IMG/VR virus record: IMGVR_UViG_2778261058_000016 | Coordinates: 1-20,834 of that record | Length of the DNA stretch: 20,834 bases | Direction: 5' to 3' (one strand) | Source: a virus | Taxonomy: Duplodnaviria; Heunggongvirae; Uroviricota; Caudoviricetes | In this document: one piece after another, positions 7,479 through 15,427 of the stretch | Position numbering within the stretch: position 1 is the stretch's first letter | Layout of the letters: each line of letters opens with the position of its first letter | The notes under the pieces: model-generated | What the model saw: the letters and a program-made list of their open reading frames with translations, nothing else | Told to the model about the DNA's origin: nothing | Databases searched by the model: none | Position numbers and translations under genes: made by a program

Positions 7479-7844
7479 ATGGCACTGGTAGAAATCGTGG
7501 CAAGTAACCTGCACGCCGGTGCCAATCTCCGCAAACTGGAGGTTGGTTCGGTGGTGGATGTTGACGACGCAACGGCTGAGCGCTGGATCAGCGCTGGCAA
7601 GGCGAAGCAAACCGACAAGAAGAAAGGCGAGAAGCTTACCTTCGAAGTGGCAACTCCGTCCGCGCAGGCGGCAGACCTTTCTGGCCTGCAAAAGCAACTC
7701 GCCGACGCGCTGGAGCAGAACCAAAAGCTAATCGCCGATGGTGAAGCAAAAGACAAGGCTCACGCCGACGCACTGGCAGCAGAAACAAAACGCGCTGACG
7801 AAGCCGAAGCGGCATTGGCGGAAGCAACCAAGAAGGCGAAATAA
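7479..7844 (+). CDS. Hypothetical head-associated protein with Ala/Lys/Glu-rich coiled-coil C-terminus
   Basis: 121 aa, RBS AAGGA upstream. C-terminal half LQKQLADALEQNQKLIADGEAKDKAHADALAAETKRADEAEAALAEATKKAK is strongly helical and charged. Confidence 0.5.
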   Translation: MALVEIVASNLHAGANLRKLEVGSVVDVDDATAERWISAGKAKQTDKKKGEKLTFEVATPSAQAADLSGLQKQLADALEQNQKLIADGEAKDKAHADALAAETKRADEAEAALAEATKKAK

Positions 7845-7846
7845 CC

Positions 7847-8227
7847 ATGGCTGACCCAATCACAGCGGCAGACGTGCAGGCGTACCTCGGTGAATTGGGT
7901 TACACCATTCCCATGGCGTTGCTGGATCCAATTCTCTGCGCGGTCAACAAAATTATCCCGTGCCTCGATGGTGCGGGGTATGACGAGTGCACTGCAAAGC
8001 TGATTCTGATGTACGCCGCCGCGCTTATGGCTACGTCGTCTGGTGCGCGCCGCATCAAATCACAGGGTGCGCCGTCTGGCGCGTCCCGCTCGTTTGAATA
8101 TGGTGACGACAGCATTACCTGGCTGCGCGACTCGTTGGCTCGTCTCGATACCAGCGGATGCACCGGTGAGTTACCGATCAGCGCTGGTAATAGTGTCGGC
8201 CTGTTCATGGTGGTCGGGGGCTGCTGA
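7847..8227 (+). CDS. Head-tail connector / DNA packaging (gp6-like) candidate
   Basis: 126 aa, starts 3 nt after the upstream stop, in the block of small genes between capsid and tail genes. Assigned by synteny. Confidence 0.45.
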   Translation: MADPITAADVQAYLGELGYTIPMALLDPILCAVNKIIPCLDGAGYDECTAKLILMYAAALMATSSGARRIKSQGAPSGASRSFEYGDDSITWLRDSLARLDTSGCTGELPISAGNSVGLFMVVGGC

Positions 8228-8400
8228 TGACGTACAAATCAGTTAAGCACGGCCTGCCGCGCTCATTCACCCGCGTCTGGGTGATGACCGACACAGGGCG
8301 GGAGACAACCGGTTACGTTAAGTCGGACGGCGAGTGGTTCATCAACTGCCCGCGCATCCGGGCGACTGGCGCCGCTGTGCTGCGATGGAGGGATGACTGA
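8227..8400 (+). CDS. Small hypothetical protein, 57 aa, translationally coupled at both ends
   Basis: Not in the ORF track (under 60 aa). Manual translation gives MTYKSVKHGLPRSFTRVWVMTDTGRETTGYVKSDGEWFINCPRIRATGAAVLRWRDD. Its ATG overlaps the upstream stop (TGATG at 8225..8229) and its stop overlaps the next ATG (TGATG at 8398..8402). Confidence 0.4.
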   Translation: MTYKSVKHGLPRSFTRVWVMTDTGRETTGYVKSDGEWFINCPRIRATGAAVLRWRDD

Positions 8401-8747
8401 TGTCGTCAACCGCTAATTGGTCATACACCGCGACGGCGACAATCTGGCGCAATCTCGGTAACGATGAATACGGTGACTCGCTCGGCTTCTCTGCCCCTGA
8501 GTCGATTCTCTGTGATTACGAAGGTGGCCTGTCAAAGCGCATCGGCAATATCGGATCTGAAATCGTCGTGAAGAATACCGTTTGGACTGAGTATGCACTG
8601 GCAGCGGCGGGTGATTACCTGCTGATTGGCCAGTCAACCGAATCCGATCCGGTTGTCGCCGGAGCAGACGAGGTGCGGCAGGTTATCCGCTACGCCGACA
8701 TGTTCGAGCGCCTAGTGGATGATTACGCCATCCTGACGGGGGTGTAG
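8400..8747 (+). CDS. Head-tail joining / head closure protein candidate (lambda FII-like position)
   Basis: 115 aa, translationally coupled to neighbours. Size and position match head-tail adaptor proteins. Confidence 0.45.
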   Translation: MSSTANWSYTATATIWRNLGNDEYGDSLGFSAPESILCDYEGGLSKRIGNIGSEIVVKNTVWTEYALAAAGDYLLIGQSTESDPVVAGADEVRQVIRYADMFERLVDDYAILTGV

Positions 8748-8749
8748 CC

Positions 8750-9214
8750 ATGGGCATCAAAGTGAAGGGCGTTAGCCAGGCGAAAAAGCACCTGAACGAT
8801 GTCATCAACGACGTGAAGTGGCGCAAGGTGATTCGCGCGCTGCAGTCGGCGATGATTCTCATCGGGGCACGGGCAGCCTATTACACCCCGATCGACACCT
8901 CTACGCTGATTAACAGCCAGTTTCGCGAAATTGACGCTGGCGGCGTGTTCATCACCGGGCGCATCGGTTACTCAGCAAACTATGCCGCGTACGTTCATGA
9001 GGCGTCAGGCAAGCTGAAAGGTCAGCCGCGCGCGCACTTTGGTATAACCAGCAACCGATCTGAGTTCGGTCCGCAGAAACCGAAAGAGTTCGGCGGCGGC
9101 ACCGGAAAGGGCAACTACTGGGATCCGCACGGTGAACCGCAATTCCTGACCAAAGGCGCGAATGATGAGCGCGATAACGTTGATGCGGTGATGCGCAAGG
9201 AGCTTTCGCTATGA
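8750..9214 (+). CDS. Tail completion protein candidate (HK97 gp10-like / lambda Z-like position)
   Basis: 154 aa. N-terminus MGIKVKGVSQAKKHLNDVINDVKWRKVIRALQSA resembles the start of HK97 gp10-family proteins. Overlaps the next gene by ATGA. Confidence 0.45.
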   Translation: MGIKVKGVSQAKKHLNDVINDVKWRKVIRALQSAMILIGARAAYYTPIDTSTLINSQFREIDAGGVFITGRIGYSANYAAYVHEASGKLKGQPRAHFGITSNRSEFGPQKPKEFGGGTGKGNYWDPHGEPQFLTKGANDERDNVDAVMRKELSL

Positions 9215-9594
9215 CACCCATGATGCACGAGCGGGTGCGCAACATGTTCGGCGACGCCGGGCTAACTACCGGTTTCACGGTGCAGCAGCTGATGTACGAC
9301 GACCCGGGAGACCTGTCGAAGGCGATCATGGTGTTCAGGCCTAACGGCGGATCGTATATTCGGACTGACCTCGGCTCTGAGTATCACGTCCTGGTCGACG
9401 TCGTAGGCGCAAAAGATAAGCGCAAAGACGCACTCAATGCCGTACAGCGCATCGTCGATTACGTCCAGGCCAACCCCATGGCTGACGAGTGCGTCGGCTA
9501 CATCCAGAACATGGGCGCAATTCCCGCGCCGGTGCTCACAGAAGAAGGGCGAATAGTCTTCAGACTCCAGTTCGCCTGCACTTACGGCGAATAG
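9211..9594 (+). CDS. Tail terminator candidate (lambda U-like position)
   Basis: 127 aa, last gene before the major tail protein, followed by a terminator hairpin. Confidence 0.45.
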   Translation: MTPMMHERVRNMFGDAGLTTGFTVQQLMYDDPGDLSKAIMVFRPNGGSYIRTDLGSEYHVLVDVVGAKDKRKDALNAVQRIVDYVQANPMADECVGYIQNMGAIPAPVLTEEGRIVFRLQFACTYGE

Positions 9595-9609
9595 CCATCC
9601 CAACCAAAT

Positions 9610-9635
9610 AACCCGCTTCGGCGGGTTTTCTTTTT
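9610..9635 (+). terminator. Rho-independent terminator (CCCGC-ttcg-GCGGG hairpin plus T-run)
   Basis: AACCCGCTTCGGCGGGTTTTCTTTTT directly after the stop at 9594. The same 20-mer core recurs at 11961..11980. Confidence 0.6.
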
Positions 9636-9657
9636 ATACGTCAAAGAGGAGTTTCAA

Positions 9658-10401
9658 ATGGCTAATTGCCAGAACTCGAACGAACGCCTGTTCGGCGGTG
9701 CGGTCGTGCTGGAAGTCGCCGATGGCTGCCCGGATGTCAAACCACTCGAATCTGAGTGGAAGGCGCTGGCTGCTGGTACGTCGAAAGGCTTCGACTTCAA
9801 CCCTAACTCGGTTACCTCTGATGCGGATGACGGCGGCGGCTATGTCGAGACCATCATCACCAACAGTGACTTCACCCTGAGCTTTGAAGGTGAAGTGCGC
9901 AAGAAGGACAAACTGGACCAGTACGGTGTCGGCAAGTTCATCAAGTATTTCGCTGATGAGCTGAAGGCTAAGCGCCAGCCAGGTATCTGGGTGCGCATGG
10001 ACTACGGTCCGATTGAATTCATCGGCTACATGAACATTAACGCGTTGAGTTCTGACGGTGGCACTAACGATATCGTCACGTTCTCTACTGAGTTCAAGGT
10101 CGGTGACGCGAGCACTATCGAAGTGAACGAAATCACTGCGGTAGCAGTGACTGGTGTGACGGTAACCCCGACTACCAGCACTGGCGCGGCTGGCGGTACC
10201 AGCACCTTCACGGTGAATATCGCACCAACCGGCGCAACAAATACTGGCTTCACCGTCGCTTCAACCGATCCCACCAAAGCCACTGCCACGGCATCAGGTA
10301 CTACCGTCACGGTTAACCGTGTGGCGACCGGCAGCGCGCAGATCATCATCAACACCGAAGACGGCAACTTTGTGGCCGTGCATACGGTAACAGTTACTTA
10401 A
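9658..10401 (+). CDS. Major tail protein with C-terminal Ig-like (Big_2-type) domain, lambda gpV-like
   Basis: 247 aa, strong RBS AGAGGAG. C-terminal about 90 aa (ITAVAVTGVTVTPTTSTGAAGGTSTFTVNIAPTGATNTGFTVASTDPTKATATASGTTVTVNRVATGSAQIIINTEDGNFVAVHTVTVT) has the alternating Thr/Val beta-sandwich pattern of bacterial Ig-like domains, as in lambda gpV. Confidence 0.7.
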   Translation: MANCQNSNERLFGGAVVLEVADGCPDVKPLESEWKALAAGTSKGFDFNPNSVTSDADDGGGYVETIITNSDFTLSFEGEVRKKDKLDQYGVGKFIKYFADELKAKRQPGIWVRMDYGPIEFIGYMNINALSSDGGTNDIVTFSTEFKVGDASTIEVNEITAVAVTGVTVTPTTSTGAAGGTSTFTVNIAPTGATNTGFTVASTDPTKATATASGTTVTVNRVATGSAQIIINTEDGNFVAVHTVTVT

Positions 10402-10458
10402 CGGACATTCCAAAGGGTGGCGTGCCGCCCTTGATAATGACCGTTTACTGGAAGGCCT

Positions 10459-11130
10459 ATGACCGCTTTAACAGATATTGGCGAACTCTCTATCAGCGAC
10501 AGCCGCGAAGGCGGGAAAGATTACCTGTTACGGCCGTCATTCGAGGCTATGGCGAGAATCGGCACTCCGGAAGAGATTGTGCAGGCGTATGCCACCATCC
10601 ACGGGAATGATGTCGCTCAACTCATTGAGGTGTGCACCGGCGGGCTGGGCCGCTTTCCTGAATGGCTATCACCTTCATTCAACCGCGCCGCTGAGAAGCT
10701 GTTATCAACGTGCATGCTTGTGCTGCAGGCGTGTTGTGATGATGACCTGACGCCAATGATTGGCGAATGGAAAGGGTGGCGACATTGTGTCGTCTACCGC
10801 CCGGGCCAGATGCCGAAGAACGACATCATCGTACTGGCGCAGCACCTCATGCAGCACGGGGTCGTAGGTAAAGCCAAAGTTCGACAGTTGCAGCGTCACG
10901 AGACTGACGAGCGCACTACCGAGTTTAAAGCCTTCGACTACATCAGCGCGGCACGAAGTCACTTCGGCATGAATCGCGCCGAAGCTTCGCAGCTAACGAT
11001 GACCGAATTTCAGATGCTGCTGGCCACGAAATACCCGGACCAGAAAGGTTTCACTCGCGAAGAGTACGACAGCATCGCCGACGAATACCTGGCTAAACAG
11101 GCCGCGCGCAGGGCACAAGTTAGTAGTTAA
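10459..11130 (+). CDS. Tail assembly chaperone candidate (G/GT-like position)
   Basis: 223 aa, RBS GGAAGG upstream, located between major tail and tape measure genes. I found no slippery heptamer or extended -1 frame, so a canonical G/GT frameshift product is not evident. Confidence 0.4.
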   Translation: MTALTDIGELSISDSREGGKDYLLRPSFEAMARIGTPEEIVQAYATIHGNDVAQLIEVCTGGLGRFPEWLSPSFNRAAEKLLSTCMLVLQACCDDDLTPMIGEWKGWRHCVVYRPGQMPKNDIIVLAQHLMQHGVVGKAKVRQLQRHETDERTTEFKAFDYISAARSHFGMNRAEASQLTMTEFQMLLATKYPDQKGFTREEYDSIADEYLAKQAARRAQVSS

Positions 11131-11176
11131 TAAAATGAAATTTACAAAATTACCTTTTATTTTGCACTAGCCATAC

Positions 11177-11205
11177 TTGCAGGGTTATTGAGTAGGAGTT
11201 ATAGT
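11177..11205 (+). promoter_or_regulatory. Putative sigma70-type promoter for the NYN-domain gene (TTGCAG - 17 nt - TATAGT)
   Basis: -35-like TTGCAG at 11177..11182 and -10-like TATAGT at 11200..11205 with 17-nt spacing, in an AT-rich intergenic stretch about 105 nt upstream of ATG 11310. Sequence-only prediction. Confidence 0.4.
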
Positions 11206-11309
11206 TCGCAACAATGATGTGGGCGGCTCGCACCCCATACAAGTGAGGTTTACCTCCGCGAGCCTAACCCACCACTCTCCCTCTAATTCCCCGAATTCGG
11301 TTAATAAAA

Positions 11310-11942
11310 ATGGAAAGACAGTACGCAGTACTTCTTGACGCAGGGTTCTTGCGCCGAAAATTAGGTACTCAGGCAGCACCAATGACAGCTCAAAATGTCG
11401 AAGATTTAGTTAATAAAATTAAAGCACGAGCTGAGTTATTAGGGATGCGGTTGTATCGTGTGTTTTATTACGACGCTGAGCCTTTCACGGGTACTAAGAC
11501 ACATCCTATATCCAACGCTGTTATTAACTTTGGCGCTACACAAATGGCCATTGATTGTAATACATTGTTAGATGAGCTTAAGGTCAAGCCTTTTTTTGCT
11601 GTGCGCCTAGGGGAACTCAATTTTAGAGGGTGGAAGGTTTCTGATGCTGCTCTTCAGTCAGGTGCAGGAGGGACGGCAACAATTAATGCTCATAATGTTT
11701 CTCCCAATCTTCAGCAGAAAGGTGTGGATATGAGGATCGCATTAGATATCTCATCTATGACTTTAAAAAACCAAGCAGACGTTTTTTGCTTGGTAACAGG
11801 TGACTCAGATTTTGCACCCATCATCAAATTTGCGAGATCTGAAGGAAAGCAAGTATTCACTTATACTCTCGGTCATAGAGTCAAACCATCTTTGCCTATT
11901 CATTCTGACCTCCATATCCCTGAAACGTACGCTAATTTGTAA
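11310..11942 (+). CDS. NYN-domain (PIN-like, LabA/YacP-type) putative ribonuclease, 210 aa; AT-rich moron
   Basis: N-terminal first-strand motif YAVLLDAGFL (acidic residue in the first beta strand), central KGVDMRIALDI, and CLVTGDSDFAPIIKFARSEGKQVF (GDSDF), matching conserved acidic motifs of NYN/PIN-like nucleases. Visibly much lower GC than the flanking chaperone and tape-measure genes, with its own promoter-like element and a downstream terminator. Confidence 0.75.
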   Translation: MERQYAVLLDAGFLRRKLGTQAAPMTAQNVEDLVNKIKARAELLGMRLYRVFYYDAEPFTGTKTHPISNAVINFGATQMAIDCNTLLDELKVKPFFAVRLGELNFRGWKVSDAALQSGAGGTATINAHNVSPNLQQKGVDMRIALDISSMTLKNQADVFCLVTGDSDFAPIIKFARSEGKQVFTYTLGHRVKPSLPIHSDLHIPETYANL

Positions 11943-11958
11943 ACTTTAATCATTTCTT

Positions 11959-11983
11959 AAAACCCGCTTCGGCGGGTTTTTTT
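11959..11983 (+). terminator. Rho-independent, near-palindromic (potentially bidirectional) terminator after the NYN gene
   Basis: AAAACCCGCTTCGGCGGGTTTTTTT: 5-bp GC stem with TTCG loop, flanked by an A-run upstream and a 7-T run downstream. Begins 17 nt after the TAA at 11940..11942 and ends 16 nt before the tape-measure ATG. Confidence 0.65.
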
Positions 11984-11999
11984 ATGTCCGGAGAACGAC

Positions 12000-14930
12000 A
12001 TGGCAGGTGAGAAAAACGCCGGTAGCATCGTTTATGAAGTCAGCGCCAATATTGAGCCGCTGCTGCAGGGCGGTAAACAGGCCATTGATGCTCTGGATAA
12101 ACTGGATGCTGCAGCCCAGCAGTCCGGGAAGGGAATGGATAACCTCGACCAGAGCACGTCTCAAACCGGATCCGCTTTTACTGAACTGGCTGGTTATGCC
12201 AATTCCATGGATAACCAGCTGCGCAAGCTGAACACCAACGTGAGCGGAATTGCCCGCGCTATGGAAGAGGCCCGCAGCGGTACCGGCGGCGCGAGCAGTG
12301 AATTCAGTCGCGCAGAATCAATCATCGAGGCGCTGGGTAACCAGCTGGCTGTGCTGGACGAAGCGCAGGAGAATGGCGCGCGTAGTGCCGCGGTTCTGGC
12401 AGCCCAGCTCCGAGCCGGGTCAAAAGCTACAGACGAAGAGAAGCAGAAGATCGGCGAATTGACTGGGCGGCTCTTCGACATGAAAGGCGCTGCTGATACC
12501 TCGATGGGCAGTAATAAAGGCTGGAAGGCCAGCATGCAGCAGGCTGGTTATCAGGTTCAGGATTTCATAGTACAGGTGCAGGGCGGCCAGTCTGCGCTGG
12601 TGGCGTTCGCTCAGCAGGGGTCTCAACTCGCTGGTGCATTCGGTCCCGGCGGCGCAGTCGTTGGTGCCATAATCGCGCTTGGTTCGGTGCTGGCTGGCGT
12701 GCTGATTACTTCGCTGAATGGCGGCAAGAATGCCATGGATGCGCTGAAAGACGCAGCTGAAGCGATGGATAAGGTTATCACCATTTCATCGCAAGGCGTG
12801 GCCGCGCTTTCCGACAAGTATGCTGCCCTGGCGCGCGTAAATGCCGACGTGGCTACTTTGCTGAGAAATCAGGCACTGCTCGAGTATAACCAGGCGATCT
12901 CAAAGATTCCTAAAGCCATTAGTGACGCGTCTGATGCTTTCATTACGTTAGGCGATCGCGCACTGGCGGCTGTTGGCGGTGCGTCTCCAAGCATCAAAAA
13001 GTTCAACGATGAGCTTTCTGCGCTTGGCGTTACCACAAATGACTGGAGCCAGGCCATTCAACAGGCCAACAGTCAGGGGCAATATGCCTCTGGCATTGTG
13101 AACTCTTTATCTTCAACGGTCAGCACGCTTTCTTCACGCCTCGGCATCAGCAAGCAATCAGCGTTTGATCTTGCAAGAGAGTTATCAGACCTGAGCAACA
13201 ACCCGTCGCCTGAAGCACTTCAGGAACTGGCGAAAAAGCTCCAGGAAATGAAGTCCTCCTCCAAAGATGGGCAGTCAGCCATTGCTGAGCTGGCTGGTAA
13301 ACTTGTCGATCTGGCAAGAGAGGCAGCCAATGCGAAGATCAATGTAGACAGCCTGAATAAGTCCACGGATAACCTTACCGCCGGACAGAAGAACCTGATC
13401 AAACAGTCCGAGCGCAACCTGGCACTCTCGAAGTTGCAGGGCGAGGCTCGCGCACGGTTGCAGGCGCAATACGCTGCCGAAGATGCTGGATTTGCGAAGG
13501 ATGATCCGCATGCCAAGCAGATGGAAGATGATGCTGCCGCTACGTACAAAAATACGGAAGAGCAAAAGAAGCTTAAATCGGAGCAGAAAAAAGGAGCATC
13601 TCAGGCAGAAACCATTGCTCAGAAGCTGGCGAACCTGAAACAGCAGTCAGAACTCGCTGCCGATTCAACGAATAAGCTGAGCCGAGAGCAGGCTATTCTG
13701 AATGCGCAGCAGTCGCTCGGGAAAGGTGCCACCAAAGAGCAGATAGCACTTGCCGGTCAGTATGCGGCCAAAAAATGGGACACCGCCAACGCCATTAAGG
13801 CTCAGGCTGCAGCGGAGAAACTTCTTCCTGAGGCCCGCGAGAACGCCAGCTACAGGCAGGATGTTGAGGACCTGAATACCGCTCTGGCTGCGAAGAAAAT
13901 CAGTCAGGAGCAGTTCAATCAGACATCCGAGCGACTGGAAGCAACTCACCAGGCCAACCTTGCGAAAATCCGTGCCGATCAGGCTGTCAGCCCACTGCAG
14001 GAAGCTGCTGGCGGTGTGGATCCGGTGCAGCAACTGGCGAATGAAAATGCCCGAAAACTCGCGCTTATTCAGGCTTACGAGCAGCAGGGGATTATTACTC
14101 ACCAGAACGCGCTTATGCTGCGCGCATCAGCTGACAGGGAGTACGAGCAGGCTCGCATCGCGGCGCAATGGGAGATTTTCCGTAACCAGAGCGCAGGCAA
14201 TGAAGCGCTGGCGGCGTCCTTTGATGCACTGGCCGGTAATGCGTCCAATGCCTTAACCGGCATCATCACCGGGAGCATGTCAGCTTCCGATGCTCTGCGC
14301 TCGATCGGGAATACCGTACTGAACAGCCTCATCAACACCTTCGTCCAGATGGGCGTTGAGTGGGTTAAATCGGCAATCATGGGGCAGACGGCCACCACTG
14401 CAGCGGTTGCAGCATCTACCACGGCGCAGGCAGCAGGCATTGCCACTACCACGGCGACGTCTACCGCGGCGGCGGCGGCCACAACTGCAGCATGGACGCC
14501 AGCGGCCATCATGTCCTCCATTGCGTCATTCGGTGGAGCGGTGGCGATCGGCATCGGAGCTATGGCTGGCATCCTGGCACTGTCAGGAAAGCGTAAGAAC
14601 GGCGGGCCGGTTAGTGCAAGCGGAATGTATCAGGTCGGCGAAGGTGGAATGCCGGAGATTTACCAGGCCAGCACCGGTAAGCAGTACATGATACCGGGCG
14701 ACAACGGCAAGGTGATCAGCAACAAGGAAATGACTGCCGGAGGCGGTGGCGGGGTAATTTTGAATATCAACAATTACTCTTCAGCGTCGGTCGATGCACA
14801 GGCTACGCAGGGCAGTGACGGCACCTGGACTATCGATACATTCATCGCTGACATGAATAATGGTGGACCAGCAAGCCAGGCTATTACCAGCAATTTGAAC
14901 GTTAAGCGCACGCCAAGGGGGCAGGGCTGA
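12000..14930 (+). CDS. Tail tape measure protein
   Basis: 976 aa, RBS GGAGAA. Long Ala/Gln/Glu-rich coiled-coil body, C-terminal hydrophobic Ala/Thr/Gly-rich segments (TTAAVAASTTAQAAGIATTTATSTAAAAATTAAW...AIGIGAMAGILALSG), and position after the chaperone gene. Confidence 0.85.
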   Translation: MAGEKNAGSIVYEVSANIEPLLQGGKQAIDALDKLDAAAQQSGKGMDNLDQSTSQTGSAFTELAGYANSMDNQLRKLNTNVSGIARAMEEARSGTGGASSEFSRAESIIEALGNQLAVLDEAQENGARSAAVLAAQLRAGSKATDEEKQKIGELTGRLFDMKGAADTSMGSNKGWKASMQQAGYQVQDFIVQVQGGQSALVAFAQQGSQLAGAFGPGGAVVGAIIALGSVLAGVLITSLNGGKNAMDALKDAAEAMDKVITISSQGVAALSDKYAALARVNADVATLLRNQALLEYNQAISKIPKAISDASDAFITLGDRALAAVGGASPSIKKFNDELSALGVTTNDWSQAIQQANSQGQYASGIVNSLSSTVSTLSSRLGISKQSAFDLARELSDLSNNPSPEALQELAKKLQEMKSSSKDGQSAIAELAGKLVDLAREAANAKINVDSLNKSTDNLTAGQKNLIKQSERNLALSKLQGEARARLQAQYAAEDAGFAKDDPHAKQMEDDAAATYKNTEEQKKLKSEQKKGASQAETIAQKLANLKQQSELAADSTNKLSREQAILNAQQSLGKGATKEQIALAGQYAAKKWDTANAIKAQAAAEKLLPEARENASYRQDVEDLNTALAAKKISQEQFNQTSERLEATHQANLAKIRADQAVSPLQEAAGGVDPVQQLANENARKLALIQAYEQQGIITHQNALMLRASADREYEQARIAAQWEIFRNQSAGNEALAASFDALAGNASNALTGIITGSMSASDALRSIGNTVLNSLINTFVQMGVEWVKSAIMGQTATTAAVAASTTAQAAGIATTTATSTAAAAATTAAWTPAAIMSSIASFGGAVAIGIGAMAGILALSGKRKNGGPVSASGMYQVGEGGMPEIYQASTGKQYMIPGDNGKVISNKEMTAGGGGGVILNINNYSSASVDAQATQGSDGTWTIDTFIADMNNGGPASQAITSNLNVKRTPRGQG

Positions 14931-15427
14931 TGCCAATTATCGACTATCCCGACTGGCTTCCGCTGGCGCAGAAGGCCAGCAAAAATATGACGCTCGATAC
15001 CGGGTTCCAGACCGACCAGCCAGCGGTCGGCCCGGCTATCTTCCAGAACCTTACTCACGACCTGAAAGTGACATGGTCCCTGACATGGATCTTCACTCTG
15101 GACCAGGAGCGCGCTTTCCAGCAGTGGCTGCGCAGCCCGAACTATCTCAACCGGGGCCTGAACTGGTTCCGGATGAATATCAACCTTGGCGGTAGCGGTC
15201 TGCAGCTGCAGGAGCTTCACTTCACGCAGATGCCGGTGCAAACCAGTATTGACGGCGGTGTGGTGACCTGGACAGGGACAGTTATTGCGAACCACCTCTA
15301 CAACGCCGACGACGAGTTCGACGACATCATTGTAGAGCTGCCGCCACCGTGGGATTCGTGGCTGGATATCGTGGTTACGGGTTATCCGGACAATAGAGAC
15401 CCAGAATCACTTCCGAGGGTGCCGTAA
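14930..15427 (+). CDS. Minor tail protein (lambda M-like position)
   Basis: 165 aa, ATG overlaps the tape-measure stop (TGATG). First gene after the tape measure. Confidence 0.5.
   Translation: MPIIDYPDWLPLAQKASKNMTLDTGFQTDQPAVGPAIFQNLTHDLKVTWSLTWIFTLDQERAFQQWLRSPNYLNRGLNWFRMNINLGGSGLQLQELHFTQMPVQTSIDGGVVTWTGTVIANHLYNADDEFDDIIVELPPPWDSWLDIVVTGYPDNRDPESLPRVP

Noticed and set aside
10402-11130. Programmed -1 frameshift (G/GT-type) in the tail chaperone gene
   Set aside because: I looked for a slippery heptamer and an extended alternative frame reaching toward the tape-measure gene and found neither. The alternative-frame ORFs (10422..10610, 10478..10750) are short and near the 5' end rather than the 3' end.
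11138-11173. 11-codon micro-ORF (MKFTKLPFILH) in the AT-rich spacer upstream of the NYN promoter
   Set aside because: No RBS, very short, and upstream of the predicted -35; most likely a chance ORF in AT-rich DNA.
11206-11309. Type III toxin-antitoxin style antitoxin RNA repeats ahead of the nuclease gene
   Set aside because: Type III antitoxins are tandem direct repeats of about 30-40 nt; the leader contains a single inverted repeat and a pyrimidine tract but no tandem repeats.
14390-14530. Apparent Ala/Thr-rich repeat tract that could be mistaken for a DNA repeat array
   Set aside because: It lies in frame within the tape-measure gene and encodes the hydrophobic, low-complexity C-terminal segment typical of tape-measure proteins. 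No spacer-repeat periodicity suggests CRISPR or tandem DNA repeats.
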